The position numbers were made by a program, and so were the translations under genes. A stretch of 64,000 bases of DNA. It comes from Oscillospiraceae bacterium. GTDB lineage: Bacteria > Bacillota > Clostridia > Oscillospirales > Oscillospiraceae. The notes below the pieces were generated by a model. That model ran no database searches, was not told the DNA's origin, and saw nothing but the letters and a program-made list of their open reading frames with translations. The number at the start of each line of letters is the position of its first letter. Position 1 is the stretch's first letter. Positions 37,875-46,700 of this stretch are shown piece after piece. The DNA lies in assembly GCA_015068245.1 (NCBI GenBank), contig SVKU01000005.1, positions 14,847 to 78,846 on the forward strand, read 5' to 3'.

Positions 37875-39302
37875 CTATACTTCACCGGTATTCCATTCTG
37901 TTCGAATGGGTTTGAATCCGGCAAGAATTTCTTCCATGGTAAGCATTTGCTCCCAGCTGTCGGCCCCGGGTGTGATCTCTGCACAGTAAATGACTTCTCC
38001 CTTGGTGTACAGCACAAAACGTCCGTCCTTTTCAGCCAGCTGCTGACGGTGGTCACCTGTCAGGGAATAAATGGTAAACAGCGGTTGTGGTTCGCCTTCA
38101 CCGTCGTATCGGTAAAAGGTCAATGCCTTACCTTCGGTACTGTCTGTTCGTGAAACAGAGATGTTTCCCTCCCACTGCTCGGGAATTATAAAATACCAGC
38201 TTTCGGAATAATTGTGGTATGTGGACAGTTTTTTCAGAAAATTTCCGTCGATATTCTGGCTATACCAGCTGATGGTGTAGTATGCCTCGGTGGAACCGTC
38301 CATTACGGGCATCTGTACAGGGCGAGCCAGTTCCACAACACCATCGCTGTCAACATCGGTGGGGTAAATTATATAGTTCCTTATAGCCTGCAGACTCACT
38401 TCCGCACCATCGGGCATGGCAACATTTACCAGTTGCCTGTCCCGCACAGCAAACACATCCGTAACCAACCCCGTGGACTGATATGTTCCTGACACGAATA
38501 CGGCATGAACTCCGTCTTCTATATAGCTGCTGCTTTTAATGCGTTTGATGGACTCCATTCCCAGCGACAACGGCACTGTGTTGACGAGCTTATACTCTCC
38601 GTCACAGTAATCGTAATAATCTGCGGTACCTGCAGTTTCGGGAGAATCCAGCTTAAACAGCAGCATTTCCACTGCACCATCGCGGTCGAGGTCGGCTGTT
38701 TTATACTCAGTGTAGCTGCCTGCAGTAATAAGTGTCAGTGAAAATCCGTCCGAAATGTCATAGACTCCCACATACTGCAGCACCTGGTCGCTCATCTGGA
38801 ATCCCAGTATTATCTCCAGAACACCATCGCCGTCCACATCTGAGTATTCCACACAGTCGAAAGCAGCACCGTCGCCGGATATCTCCGCAGCACGGGCATA
38901 CTCGCCCTCCATATTCTTGCTGAGCAGATATACCCTCATGGGTTTTTCACCGGTGACCGTCATAAAAGCCAGGGCTTCCTGAACTCCGTCACCGTTCAGA
39001 TCCACCAGCTGCACTGCCTGACGGTTGCTGCCCGAAACAGGGCCTGCATACCGGGCACCCTCTGCCAGCAGTACATCTATGCAGCTTTGCAGGTCGATAT
39101 AGTCGTCAGGTGCTTTTGGCAGGCTGTACAGCCCGTCTCCGCTTTCAGAAAAACAGCCGGAAAAGCACAGACACATCAAGGCGGCAAGTATGAAAATTTT
39201 AATAAATCGGCGTTTCAGACCGACCGCCCTCCTTTCGATTATTTCAACAATATATTGTAGCATATTCTTAGCCATTGCGCAACATGAAGTACGCGCTGTC
39301 AT
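37875..39302 (-). CDS. lipoprotein with FG-GAP/VCBS-like Ca-binding repeats (start uncertain)
   Basis: Repeated DxDGDGxxE motifs (DLNGDGVQE, DVDGDGVLE, DLDRDGAVE, DVDSDGVVE). Signal peptide KRRFIKIFILAALMCLCFSGC. The track ATG at 39302 lies inside repeat 39295-39384, so the real start is probably downstream (ATG at 39263, or CTG at 39218 after SD AAAGGAGGG). Confidence 0.7.
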   Translation of the reverse strand: MTARTSCCAMAKNMLQYIVEIIERRAVGLKRRFIKIFILAALMCLCFSGCFSESGDGLYSLPKAPDDYIDLQSCIDVLLAEGARYAGPVSGSNRQAVQLVDLNGDGVQEALAFMTVTGEKPMRVYLLSKNMEGEYARAAEISGDGAAFDCVEYSDVDGDGVLEIILGFQMSDQVLQYVGVYDISDGFSLTLITAGSYTEYKTADLDRDGAVEMLLFKLDSPETAGTADYYDYCDGEYKLVNTVPLSLGMESIKRIKSSSYIEDGVHAVFVSGTYQSTGLVTDVFAVRDRQLVNVAMPDGAEVSLQAIRNYIIYPTDVDSDGVVELARPVQMPVMDGSTEAYYTISWYSQNIDGNFLKKLSTYHNYSESWYFIIPEQWEGNISVSRTDSTEGKALTFYRYDGEGEPQPLFTIYSLTGDHRQQLAEKDGRFVLYTKGEVIYCAEITPGADSWEQMLTMEEILAGFKPIRTEWNTGEV

Positions 39303-39384
39303 ACTGAGCCTGCGAGGCAGGCGTGAGGATCCCCTGCAAAAGATGGGGATTTCTCCGTCAGCAAGCTGACGTTCGGAATGACAG
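39295..39384. repeat. cloverleaf-type intergenic element, copy A1
   Basis: Arms gctgtcatactgagc / gttcggaatgacag. Hairpins are cctgc-gag-gcagg, gaggatcccc-N9-ggggatttctcc and gtcagc-aa-gctgac. Confidence 0.8.
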
Positions 39385-39392
39385 TATGTCCG

Positions 39393-42300
39393 CTATTTTA
39401 CAACTACGTTTTCGTTGCCCAGTCGCTGCTTCAGTTCTTCCACAAGCGCATCATGGATACTGCAGGCAGTACCCAACTGTTTGCCCGTTGATTCGATGTA
39501 CAGCACGGTTTTTTCTGTACCCGGGAACATATTGATGGTGGCTTTTACCTTTCGGAACAGCTCATCATCCGCATTTTTGAGTTTTACAAAAAGCTTTCTT
39601 GCTTCCTTTGGCTTTGACGGCGGAGCAGCCGTCAGCTGGCTCAGAGGCAGCACTCCGGAAGCCAGCATTTGGGGGTCTTTTTCATCTCTTACGGAGATTT
39701 TTCCGCTGATGAGAACCGGAAGTCCGGCCGCAATATAGGCTCCGTCCTTTTCAAGCACTCTGGCAAAGCAAAGTATCTCCATTGACGCAGTGTCATCTTC
39801 CAGTGTTACATATGCCATGAGCGTATTGTTCTTCGTCATCTTGGTTTTTACAGCTGCTATTATACCCGCCACCGAAACAGTGGTTCCGTCTTTGTAAACC
39901 ACAGGGCCGTCACCGGAATGATCCGCCATAATGGCAGCTATGGAAGCTGCTCCCGAATGCTTGAGTATGTCACGATAGTCGTCCAGTGGATGACCTGACA
40001 TATACAGTCCGGTTATCTCCTTTTCCAGTGTCATAAGTTCCCGTGAACTCAACTCCGGGATGTTCGGCATGGTGATAGTGCCGAGAGCGGTCTGCTGCTC
40101 TTCCATAATGTCGAAAAAGCCCATTTGACCTTCAAGATTCTTTTTCCTGATATTAGCAATATCGTCCATGGCTTTTTCATATACCATGAGCAGCTGAGAA
40201 CGCTTGTGACCAAAGCAGTCGAAGGCTCCGCATTTTATCAGACTTTCAACGGCACGCTTATTCATATCGCCGCCGTACATACGCTCAATAAAATCCTCAA
40301 AGCTCTTGAACTTTCCGCCCTTTTCACGCTCTGCAACCAGAGTTTGGATCAGCCCTCTGCCCACGTTTTTGACCGCAGCCATACCAAACCGTATAGCCTC
40401 ACCGCTGACGGTGAAGTCCACTCCGGATTCGTTAACGTCCGGGGGCAGCACCTGTATGCCCATATCTTTGCATTCGTTGATGTATTCGGCGATCTTGGCT
40501 GTGCTGTCCAGCAAAGAGGTCATCAATGCTGCCATATACTGGCGAGGCCAGTGGCATTTCAGGTAAGCCGTTTCGTAAGCTACAATGGCATAGCAAACGG
40601 CATGAGATTTGTTGAAGGCGTAGTTTGCAAAGTCCAGTATCTCGTCATAGATGCTTTCGGCTATGGCCTTGTCCACGCCATTCTTAGCCGCACCGGATAC
40701 GAAATTTTCACGCTCCGCCAGAATTACCGCCTGCTTTTTTTTGCTCATGGCACGGCGCACATTATCCGCCGCACCTCGTGAGAATCCGCCTAGCTTACGA
40801 AGCACCTCGATAACCTGCTCCTGATACACTATGCAGCCGTAGGTGTAGCCCAGTATATCTTTCAAAAGAGGGTGCTTATACGACACCTTGGCAGGATCGT
40901 TTTTGCTGGCAGTAAATTTCGGTATTGAATCCATGGGACCCGGACGATACAGGGCAACGATTGCCGTAAGGTCCTCAATGCTTCTTGCCCGGAAGCTGAC
41001 ACACAGGTTGGTCATGCCGGCAGATTCCATCTGGAACACGCCGGAGGTACGACCCTCTGCCAGCATTTTAAAGGTGGCTTCATCATCGTCCGGTACGTTT
41101 TTGATGTTGAAATCCGGTTCTATTTCCCGGATGCTTTTTTGAGCATCATCTATGACCGTCAGGTTGCGCAGACCCAAAAAGTCCATTTTCAGCAGACCCA
41201 GCTCTTCAAGAGTGGTCATGGGATACTGGGTAACAACGGAGTCCTCGTTTTTCGACAGGGGCACATAGTTGTGTACCGGCAGCTTTGTTATAACAACGCC
41301 TGCTGCGTGGGTGGATGCGTGACGGGGCATTCCTTCCAGCGATTTTGCCACGTTGATGAGTTTCCTGATCCGCTCATCGCTTTCGTACATCTCTTTCAGC
41401 TGAGGAGATGCGGAAAGTGCGCTTTCAAGGGTGATGTGCAGCGTTGACGGAACAGCCTTTGCCACCACGTCACATTCGGCATAGGTGTAGTTCAACGCCC
41501 GACCCACGTCTCGGATAGCGTTTCTGGCTGCCAGGGTACCGAAGGTGACTATCTGCGCCACATGGTCGGAACCGTATTTGCGGCACACATAGTCAATGAC
41601 CTCCTGCCGTCTTCTTACACAGAAGTCAATATCGAAGTCGGGCATGGTAACACGTTCCGGGTTAAGGAAGCGTTCAAACAGCAGGTCGTATTTCATCGGG
41701 TCGGCATCGGTTATCTCGAGGCAGTAGGCAGCCATGGAGCCTGCACCGGAACCTCTGCCGGGTCCCACCGGGATATCCTGACTCTTGGCATATGCTATGA
41801 AGTCTGAAACTATAAGGAAGTAGTCCACAAACCCCATCTTTTGTATCATGCCCAGTTCCATTTCAAGCCTGTCATGGTAACCGTCCGGGTTGGTGGGATA
41901 ACGCTTTCTGTATCCCTGTTCGCACAGGTCAACGAGATATTCGGTGGCTTCCCTGCCCTCGGGCAATTTGAATTCCGGCAGATGATAGTGACCGAACTCA
42001 AAATCCATATTGCACATTTCGGCTATTTTCGCCGTGTTTTCTATAGCCTCGGGGCAGTTGGGGAAGATCTCCAGCATCTGCTGTTCTGATTTTATATAAA
42101 ACTCCTCGGTTTCAAAGCGCATTCTGTTTTCGTCTTCCACGGTCTTACCGGTCTGGATGCACATCAAAACGTCCTGAGCGTAAGCGTCCTCTTTTTTCAG
42201 GTAATGGCAGTCGTTAGTGGCCACCAGAGGGATGCCTGTCTCGTCGCTTATGCGGATAAGGGCAGAATTGACCTCACGTTGACTTGAAATGTTGTGATCC

Positions 42301-42824
42301 TGCAGCTCAAGGTAATAGTTTCCCCTGCCGAACAGAGCGTCGTATTGGATAGCTGTCTGCTTTGCCTTGTCGTAATTGCCTGCCATAATGAGTTTAGGTA
42401 TCTCGCCGCCAAGGCAGGCAGAAAGGCAGATAAGCCCTTCGTGGTATTGCCGGAGCAGTTCCATATCGATACGGGGTTTTTGATAAAAGCCCTCGGTAAA
42501 GGCCATGGACACCATGTAAGACAGGTTTTTGTAGCCTGTTTCGTTCTTGCAAAGCAGCACAAGATGCCTTGGTTCACCATCGGTGGTGCGGCCTCTGTCG
42601 TGGCGGCTGCCGGGAGCTACATACACCTCGCAGCCGATTATGGGTTTGATCCCTTCGGCCTTGCATGCCCGGTAAAAGTCCACGCAGCCGTACATAACAC
42701 CGTGGTCAGTGATGGCTACAGCAGTCTGTCCAAGTTCTTTGACCCGCGGCACAAGCCCGCTTATACGGCATGCGCCGTCCAGCAGGCTGAATTCGGTATG
42801 AACATGAAGGTGGACAAAAGACAT
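39393..42824 (-). CDS. dnaE: DNA polymerase III subunit alpha (DnaE type)
   Basis: 1143 aa with an N-terminal PHP domain (FVHLHVHTEFSLLDGA), a pol III alpha core, and an OB fold. Confidence 0.97.
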   Translation of the reverse strand: MSFVHLHVHTEFSLLDGACRISGLVPRVKELGQTAVAITDHGVMYGCVDFYRACKAEGIKPIIGCEVYVAPGSRHDRGRTTDGEPRHLVLLCKNETGYKNLSYMVSMAFTEGFYQKPRIDMELLRQYHEGLICLSACLGGEIPKLIMAGNYDKAKQTAIQYDALFGRGNYYLELQDHNISSQREVNSALIRISDETGIPLVATNDCHYLKKEDAYAQDVLMCIQTGKTVEDENRMRFETEEFYIKSEQQMLEIFPNCPEAIENTAKIAEMCNMDFEFGHYHLPEFKLPEGREATEYLVDLCEQGYRKRYPTNPDGYHDRLEMELGMIQKMGFVDYFLIVSDFIAYAKSQDIPVGPGRGSGAGSMAAYCLEITDADPMKYDLLFERFLNPERVTMPDFDIDFCVRRRQEVIDYVCRKYGSDHVAQIVTFGTLAARNAIRDVGRALNYTYAECDVVAKAVPSTLHITLESALSASPQLKEMYESDERIRKLINVAKSLEGMPRHASTHAAGVVITKLPVHNYVPLSKNEDSVVTQYPMTTLEELGLLKMDFLGLRNLTVIDDAQKSIREIEPDFNIKNVPDDDEATFKMLAEGRTSGVFQMESAGMTNLCVSFRARSIEDLTAIVALYRPGPMDSIPKFTASKNDPAKVSYKHPLLKDILGYTYGCIVYQEQVIEVLRKLGGFSRGAADNVRRAMSKKKQAVILAERENFVSGAAKNGVDKAIAESIYDEILDFANYAFNKSHAVCYAIVAYETAYLKCHWPRQYMAALMTSLLDSTAKIAEYINECKDMGIQVLPPDVNESGVDFTVSGEAIRFGMAAVKNVGRGLIQTLVAEREKGGKFKSFEDFIERMYGGDMNKRAVESLIKCGAFDCFGHKRSQLLMVYEKAMDDIANIRKKNLEGQMGFFDIMEEQQTALGTITMPNIPELSSRELMTLEKEITGLYMSGHPLDDYRDILKHSGAASIAAIMADHSGDGPVVYKDGTTVSVAGIIAAVKTKMTKNNTLMAYVTLEDDTASMEILCFARVLEKDGAYIAAGLPVLISGKISVRDEKDPQMLASGVLPLSQLTAAPPSKPKEARKLFVKLKNADDELFRKVKATINMFPGTEKTVLYIESTGKQLGTACSIHDALVEELKQRLGNENVVVK

Positions 42825-42865
42825 ATTATATACCTCATTGGCAGTTAACAGTTAACAGTTATTGA

Positions 42866-42890
42866 GTTTTCAAATCTTCAATTTGAAAAC
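42866..42890. repeat. conserved 25-nt hairpin GTTTTCAAAT-N5-ATTTGAAAAC, copy 1
   Basis: 10-bp perfect stem with loop cttca. The second copy at 63057-63081 has an identical stem and loop cagcg. Confidence 0.85.
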
Positions 42891-42900
42891 TATTCCACAA

Positions 42901-42924
42901 GGAACGGTCAAGACCGTTCCCTAC
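42901..42924 (-). repeat. GTAG-headed hairpin repeat (REP-like singlet, C-type)
   Basis: Minus strand reads GTAG-GGAACGGTC-TT-GACCGTTCC, identical to the copy at 33628-33651. Confidence 0.8.
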
Positions 42925-42990
42925 GTTACAATAGGACAGAAAAGTGCAAAATTGATAGCCAACTGTTCACTGTTCATTGTTAACTGTTAA

Positions 42991-43893
42991 CTATTCAATT
43001 TCCTCCGCCAGCTGGACTATTTTCCTCAGCCGGTGGTTCAGAGTTGACTTTGTAATGGGAGGATCTGCCAAAGCAGCAAGTTCCGCTAATGATGCTTCGG
43101 GGTTTGCCATGCGCAGCAAAGCCGTTTCGTACAATTTTTCCGGCAGGCTGTCCAGTCCCTGAATCTTATGGATCTTGCTGATGGCCTGCATATGCTCGGC
43201 AGATGCGGCGATAGCCTTGTCGATATTGGCAGTCTCGCAGTTTACCCGGCGATTTACGTCGTTGATAAGTTCCTTTTCCAGCTTGGTGTTCATTATCTTC
43301 ATGGAGCTTACAGGTGCGCCGATAAGGGTAAGGATATCTTCGATATAATTGCTCTGCTTAAAGTAAGTTATCCTGCTGCCTGCCCGCTCCGTTTCCTTAG
43401 GCTCAAAGCCCATTTCCAGAAGCAGAGAATAAAGCTCACCGCTGACGCTTCTGTGGTTGGTCACAAGCTCCAGATGGTACCGCTTTTCCGGGTCGGTAAC
43501 GGAGCCTCCCGCAAGGAACACTCCCCTGAGAAAAGACACTTTGCAGCATTCGTCTTCAAGCATGGCAAGATTTATATGGTGGGACACATTTGTATCCCAG
43601 CTGTACCCAAAAGCCTGCAGGATCGCATCGTTTTTTTCTTTGTCGGTGACGGATACTATGAGCTTGCCGCCTTTCTTTTCGTCCGGCAGCGTGTCAGGCT
43701 CAAAGCCGAAAGCCTTTTTCATAAGCTTGGGCAGCCGTTCTGCAAAGGCACGGTTTTCGGTTATTATTTTGATCTCGTCTGATGTAAAGGTGTTACCATA
43801 GAGGAACGCTCCGTAGCATTCCGCAAGGGCACAGCACCTTTTATGGATGGCCACACGGCACATCTCGTCTTTTACTTCCGATGAAAATGACAT
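42991..43893 (-). CDS. whiA: DNA-binding protein WhiA
   Basis: 300 aa with a LAGLIDADG-like domain plus a C-terminal HTH (..KSTLNHRLRKI). Conserved rapZ-yvcK-whiA order. Confidence 0.93.
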   Translation of the reverse strand: MSFSSEVKDEMCRVAIHKRCCALAECYGAFLYGNTFTSDEIKIITENRAFAERLPKLMKKAFGFEPDTLPDEKKGGKLIVSVTDKEKNDAILQAFGYSWDTNVSHHINLAMLEDECCKVSFLRGVFLAGGSVTDPEKRYHLELVTNHRSVSGELYSLLLEMGFEPKETERAGSRITYFKQSNYIEDILTLIGAPVSSMKIMNTKLEKELINDVNRRVNCETANIDKAIAASAEHMQAISKIHKIQGLDSLPEKLYETALLRMANPEASLAELAALADPPITKSTLNHRLRKIVQLAEEIE

Positions 43894-43913
43894 TTGGTCA
43901 CCTCCGAGGGAAA

Positions 43914-44882
43914 TTAAATTATTTCCATTATTGCTCTGGCAAGAGCATCTTCGTCGTGGCGAACATAATCGCCCTCGTCAGCCACAAGAGGTTTGAGAAT
44001 AAGTTCAACGCCCATTTCCGCAAACTCTTTTTCGTCAGCCACAAGACGTTCGGCACCTTCAAGCTTATACTGAGCCTTCATTTCCTCTGAAATATCCTCG
44101 CAGTTAGCGATGCAGATATCCACCAGTCTAGGCACAGAATGCTTGTGAAGCGCTCTTATGTGGTCTGCAGCGGTATAGCCCTCAGTTTCCCCTTCCTGGC
44201 TCATCAGGTTGCAGGCGTAAACGCATTTCGCCTTTGACGCTGCTATGGCGTCTACCACTCCCTCAACCAAAAGGTTGGGAATGATGCTGGTATACAGGCT
44301 GCCCGGAGCGATGACTACCAGGTCGGCATCAAGGATCGCCTGCACTGCAGCAGGCAGTGCCTGAGGCTTTTCGGGCACAAGACGCACCTGCTTTATGCGG
44401 CATTTCTTGCGCTTTTTCTGGTCGAATATTTTATGTTCTCCCAGCACACGGCTGCCGTCCTCAAATTCGGCTTCGAGGAACACATCGTAATTCGTTACCG
44501 GCAGAACTCTGCCGCTGACACCCAGAACCTGACACATCTTCAAAACAGCTTCGTCAAAAGAGTCCGACATGCTGTTGAGAGCAGCCAGAAAAAGGTTTCC
44601 CAATGACTGACCGGACAGGGTTCCTTCGCTGAAACGAAAATCAAAAAGCTGTTCCAGCACAGGCTCCGTATTGGAAAGAGCCAGAATACAGCGGCGGATA
44701 TCTCCCGGAGGGAGCATACCCATATCGTGACGCAGCACTCCGCTGCCGCCTCCATCATCGGCCACCGTAACTATGGCGGTTATGTTGTCGGTATATTTTT
44801 TCAGCCCTCTGAGCATGGCAGACAGTCCGTGTCCGCCGCCAATGGCTGCGATTTTGGGTCCGTTGGTTTTATTGTTTGTCAT
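43914..44882 (-). CDS. yvcK: gluconeogenesis factor YvcK/GlmR family (UPF0052, CofD-like)
   Basis: KIAAIGGGHGLS N-terminus, 322 aa, located between rapZ and whiA. Confidence 0.9.
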   Translation of the reverse strand: MTNNKTNGPKIAAIGGGHGLSAMLRGLKKYTDNITAIVTVADDGGGSGVLRHDMGMLPPGDIRRCILALSNTEPVLEQLFDFRFSEGTLSGQSLGNLFLAALNSMSDSFDEAVLKMCQVLGVSGRVLPVTNYDVFLEAEFEDGSRVLGEHKIFDQKKRKKCRIKQVRLVPEKPQALPAAVQAILDADLVVIAPGSLYTSIIPNLLVEGVVDAIAASKAKCVYACNLMSQEGETEGYTAADHIRALHKHSVPRLVDICIANCEDISEEMKAQYKLEGAERLVADEKEFAEMGVELILKPLVADEGDYVRHDEDALARAIMEII

Positions 44883-44905
44883 ATATAACTTTCAACTTTC
44901 AGTTT

Positions 44906-45766
44906 TTAACTTCTCGAAAGGTCGCGATGGGTCACCGAGGTTTCGTAGCCACGTGATTTGATAAACGTTCCCAACTGAGAAGCTATGGTAACGCTGCGGT
45001 GATGACCTCCGGTACAGCCGATGGCGATAGTCAGCAGGCTTTTGCCCTCTTCGGTGTACAGTGGCAGCAGGAAGTTCAGCATATCCTTGAGCTTTTCCAG
45101 AAAATCGTTGGTCTGGGTGAAGGACATGACGAACTCATGGACAGGGGCGTCCAGCCCGCTCAAATCACGCATACTGTCGATATAGTAAGGGTTAGGCAAA
45201 AACCTTACATCAAACACCAGATCCGCATCAATGGGCACGCCGTATTTGAACCCAAAGGACGTGACGTTTACCGCCATGGTGCGTTCCCTTTGTTCGGAAG
45301 CAAAAAGCCTGATTATCTCACCCCGGAGTTTGCTTGTGGAAAAGGCGGTGGTGTCGATTATATGGTCGGCGCGGTCGCGCACAGGGTGCAGTATCTCCCG
45401 TTCACGGCGAACAGCGTCCACAAGGCTGGTGCCATCTATGGTAAGCGGGTGCTTTCTGCGGGTTTCTTTATAGCGGTTGATTATGGTTTCTTCGGAGGCT
45501 TCCACGAAAACTATCTTATAGTCGCAAGCTGACTTTTCCAGTTCTTTCAAAGACTGGAAAAGAGACTCAAAGTTCTGCCCTCCTCTGACATCGGTAACCA
45601 ATGCTACCCTGTCGTACCTGCCCTTGGTGGCAAGGCACACGCCTGCCAGCTGAGGAATAAGATCCACAGGCATATTATCCACGCAGTAGAAACCAAGGTC
45701 CTCAAGATTTGATGCGACTTTACTTTTTCCCGCTCCGGACAAGCCGGAGATTATCAGAAATTTCAT
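44906..45766 (-). CDS. rapZ: RNase adapter protein RapZ (YvcJ)
   Basis: Walker A SGLSGAGKS at the N-terminus, and C-terminal CTGGHHRSV. Confidence 0.93.
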   Translation of the reverse strand: MKFLIISGLSGAGKSKVASNLEDLGFYCVDNMPVDLIPQLAGVCLATKGRYDRVALVTDVRGGQNFESLFQSLKELEKSACDYKIVFVEASEETIINRYKETRRKHPLTIDGTSLVDAVRREREILHPVRDRADHIIDTTAFSTSKLRGEIIRLFASEQRERTMAVNVTSFGFKYGVPIDADLVFDVRFLPNPYYIDSMRDLSGLDAPVHEFVMSFTQTNDFLEKLKDMLNFLLPLYTEEGKSLLTIAIGCTGGHHRSVTIASQLGTFIKSRGYETSVTHRDLSRS

Positions 45767-45781
45767 TGGTACTCCTTTTTA

Positions 45782-46693
45782 TTAACCCAGCAGCCTTACC
45801 TCCGGCTCTATCCGGATACCGTGGGTTTCAAACACTTTCTTTTGTATCTGCTCAACCAGTTCAAGCACGTCGGCACAGGTAGCTCCGCCGGTATTGACCA
45901 CAAACCCTGCATGTTTATCCGAAACCTGTGCTCCGCCCACGGCAAAGCCTTTCAGCCCCGCTTCATCGATAAGTGCGGCGGCATATCCTCCCACCGGTCT
46001 TTTAAACGTGCTTCCGGCAGAAGGCATATCCAAAGGCTGAGACGCTCTCCTTTTGGCCGCCAGTTCGTTCATTCTCGCCTGTATTTCTTCAGTGTTTCCG
46101 GGTATGAGCCGAAAATCTGCCGAAAGTATCAGTCCGCCCTCCCTGGAAAAACGGCTTTCACGGTAGGAAAAATGCGCCTCCTCAACGGCAACATCAACAA
46201 TTTCGCCGTCTTTTTTTATCCATCGGACAGACACACAGACGTCCTTCAGTTCGCCGCCGTATGCCCCTGCGTTCATCAGAACACCGCCGCCAACAGAACC
46301 GGGAATGCCATGGGCAAATTCAAGGCCGCCGTAACCCTCTTTTGCGGCAGTCTGGGCAAGCCGAGCCAGAGTAGCTCCGCAATCCGCTCTGAAAAGTCCG
46401 TTTCCAAGGTGCTTTATCGTATTGACTCCCCTGGTCAGAATCACTAATCTGTTCAGCCCTTCGTCGGGAGCAAGTACATTGGTGCCGCTGCCCAAAAACA
46501 CAGGCTGAACATTTTCTTCAAGACAAAGCTCCGAAATTTTCAGCAATTCGTCCATGTTTTGGGGCCGCACAAGCAGTGATGCAGGCCCTCCGATGGAAAA
46601 GGAAGTATGGCGGCTGAGAGGTTCACCTTTCACCGGTTTCAGACCGGGAATGTGTTTTTCAAGTAAGCTTTCAAATTTTGAAAGGTCGGTCAT
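45782..46693 (-). CDS. murB: UDP-N-acetylenolpyruvoylglucosamine reductase
   Basis: FAD-binding PCMH domain (..FSIGGPA..) and the MurB C-terminus. Start re-called to the ATG at 46693 (MTDLSKFE..) after SD GAGGT. The longer track ORF would overlap hprK by 83 nt. Confidence 0.9.
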   Translation of the reverse strand: MTDLSKFESLLEKHIPGLKPVKGEPLSRHTSFSIGGPASLLVRPQNMDELLKISELCLEENVQPVFLGSGTNVLAPDEGLNRLVILTRGVNTIKHLGNGLFRADCGATLARLAQTAAKEGYGGLEFAHGIPGSVGGGVLMNAGAYGGELKDVCVSVRWIKKDGEIVDVAVEEAHFSYRESRFSREGGLILSADFRLIPGNTEEIQARMNELAAKRRASQPLDMPSAGSTFKRPVGGYAAALIDEAGLKGFAVGGAQVSDKHAGFVVNTGGATCADVLELVEQIQKKVFETHGIRIEPEVRLLG

Positions 46694-46700
46694 AACTACC

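Larger units (their letters stand above)
42842..42990. repeat. composite intergenic element bounded by inverted heptamer arrays
   Basis: CAGTTAA x3 (42842-42862) and CTGTTCA CTGTTCA TTGTTAA CTGTTAA (42963-42990) share an inverted 15-mer, agttaacagttaaca. Between them lie hairpin 42866-42890 and REP 42901-42924. Confidence 0.8.
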
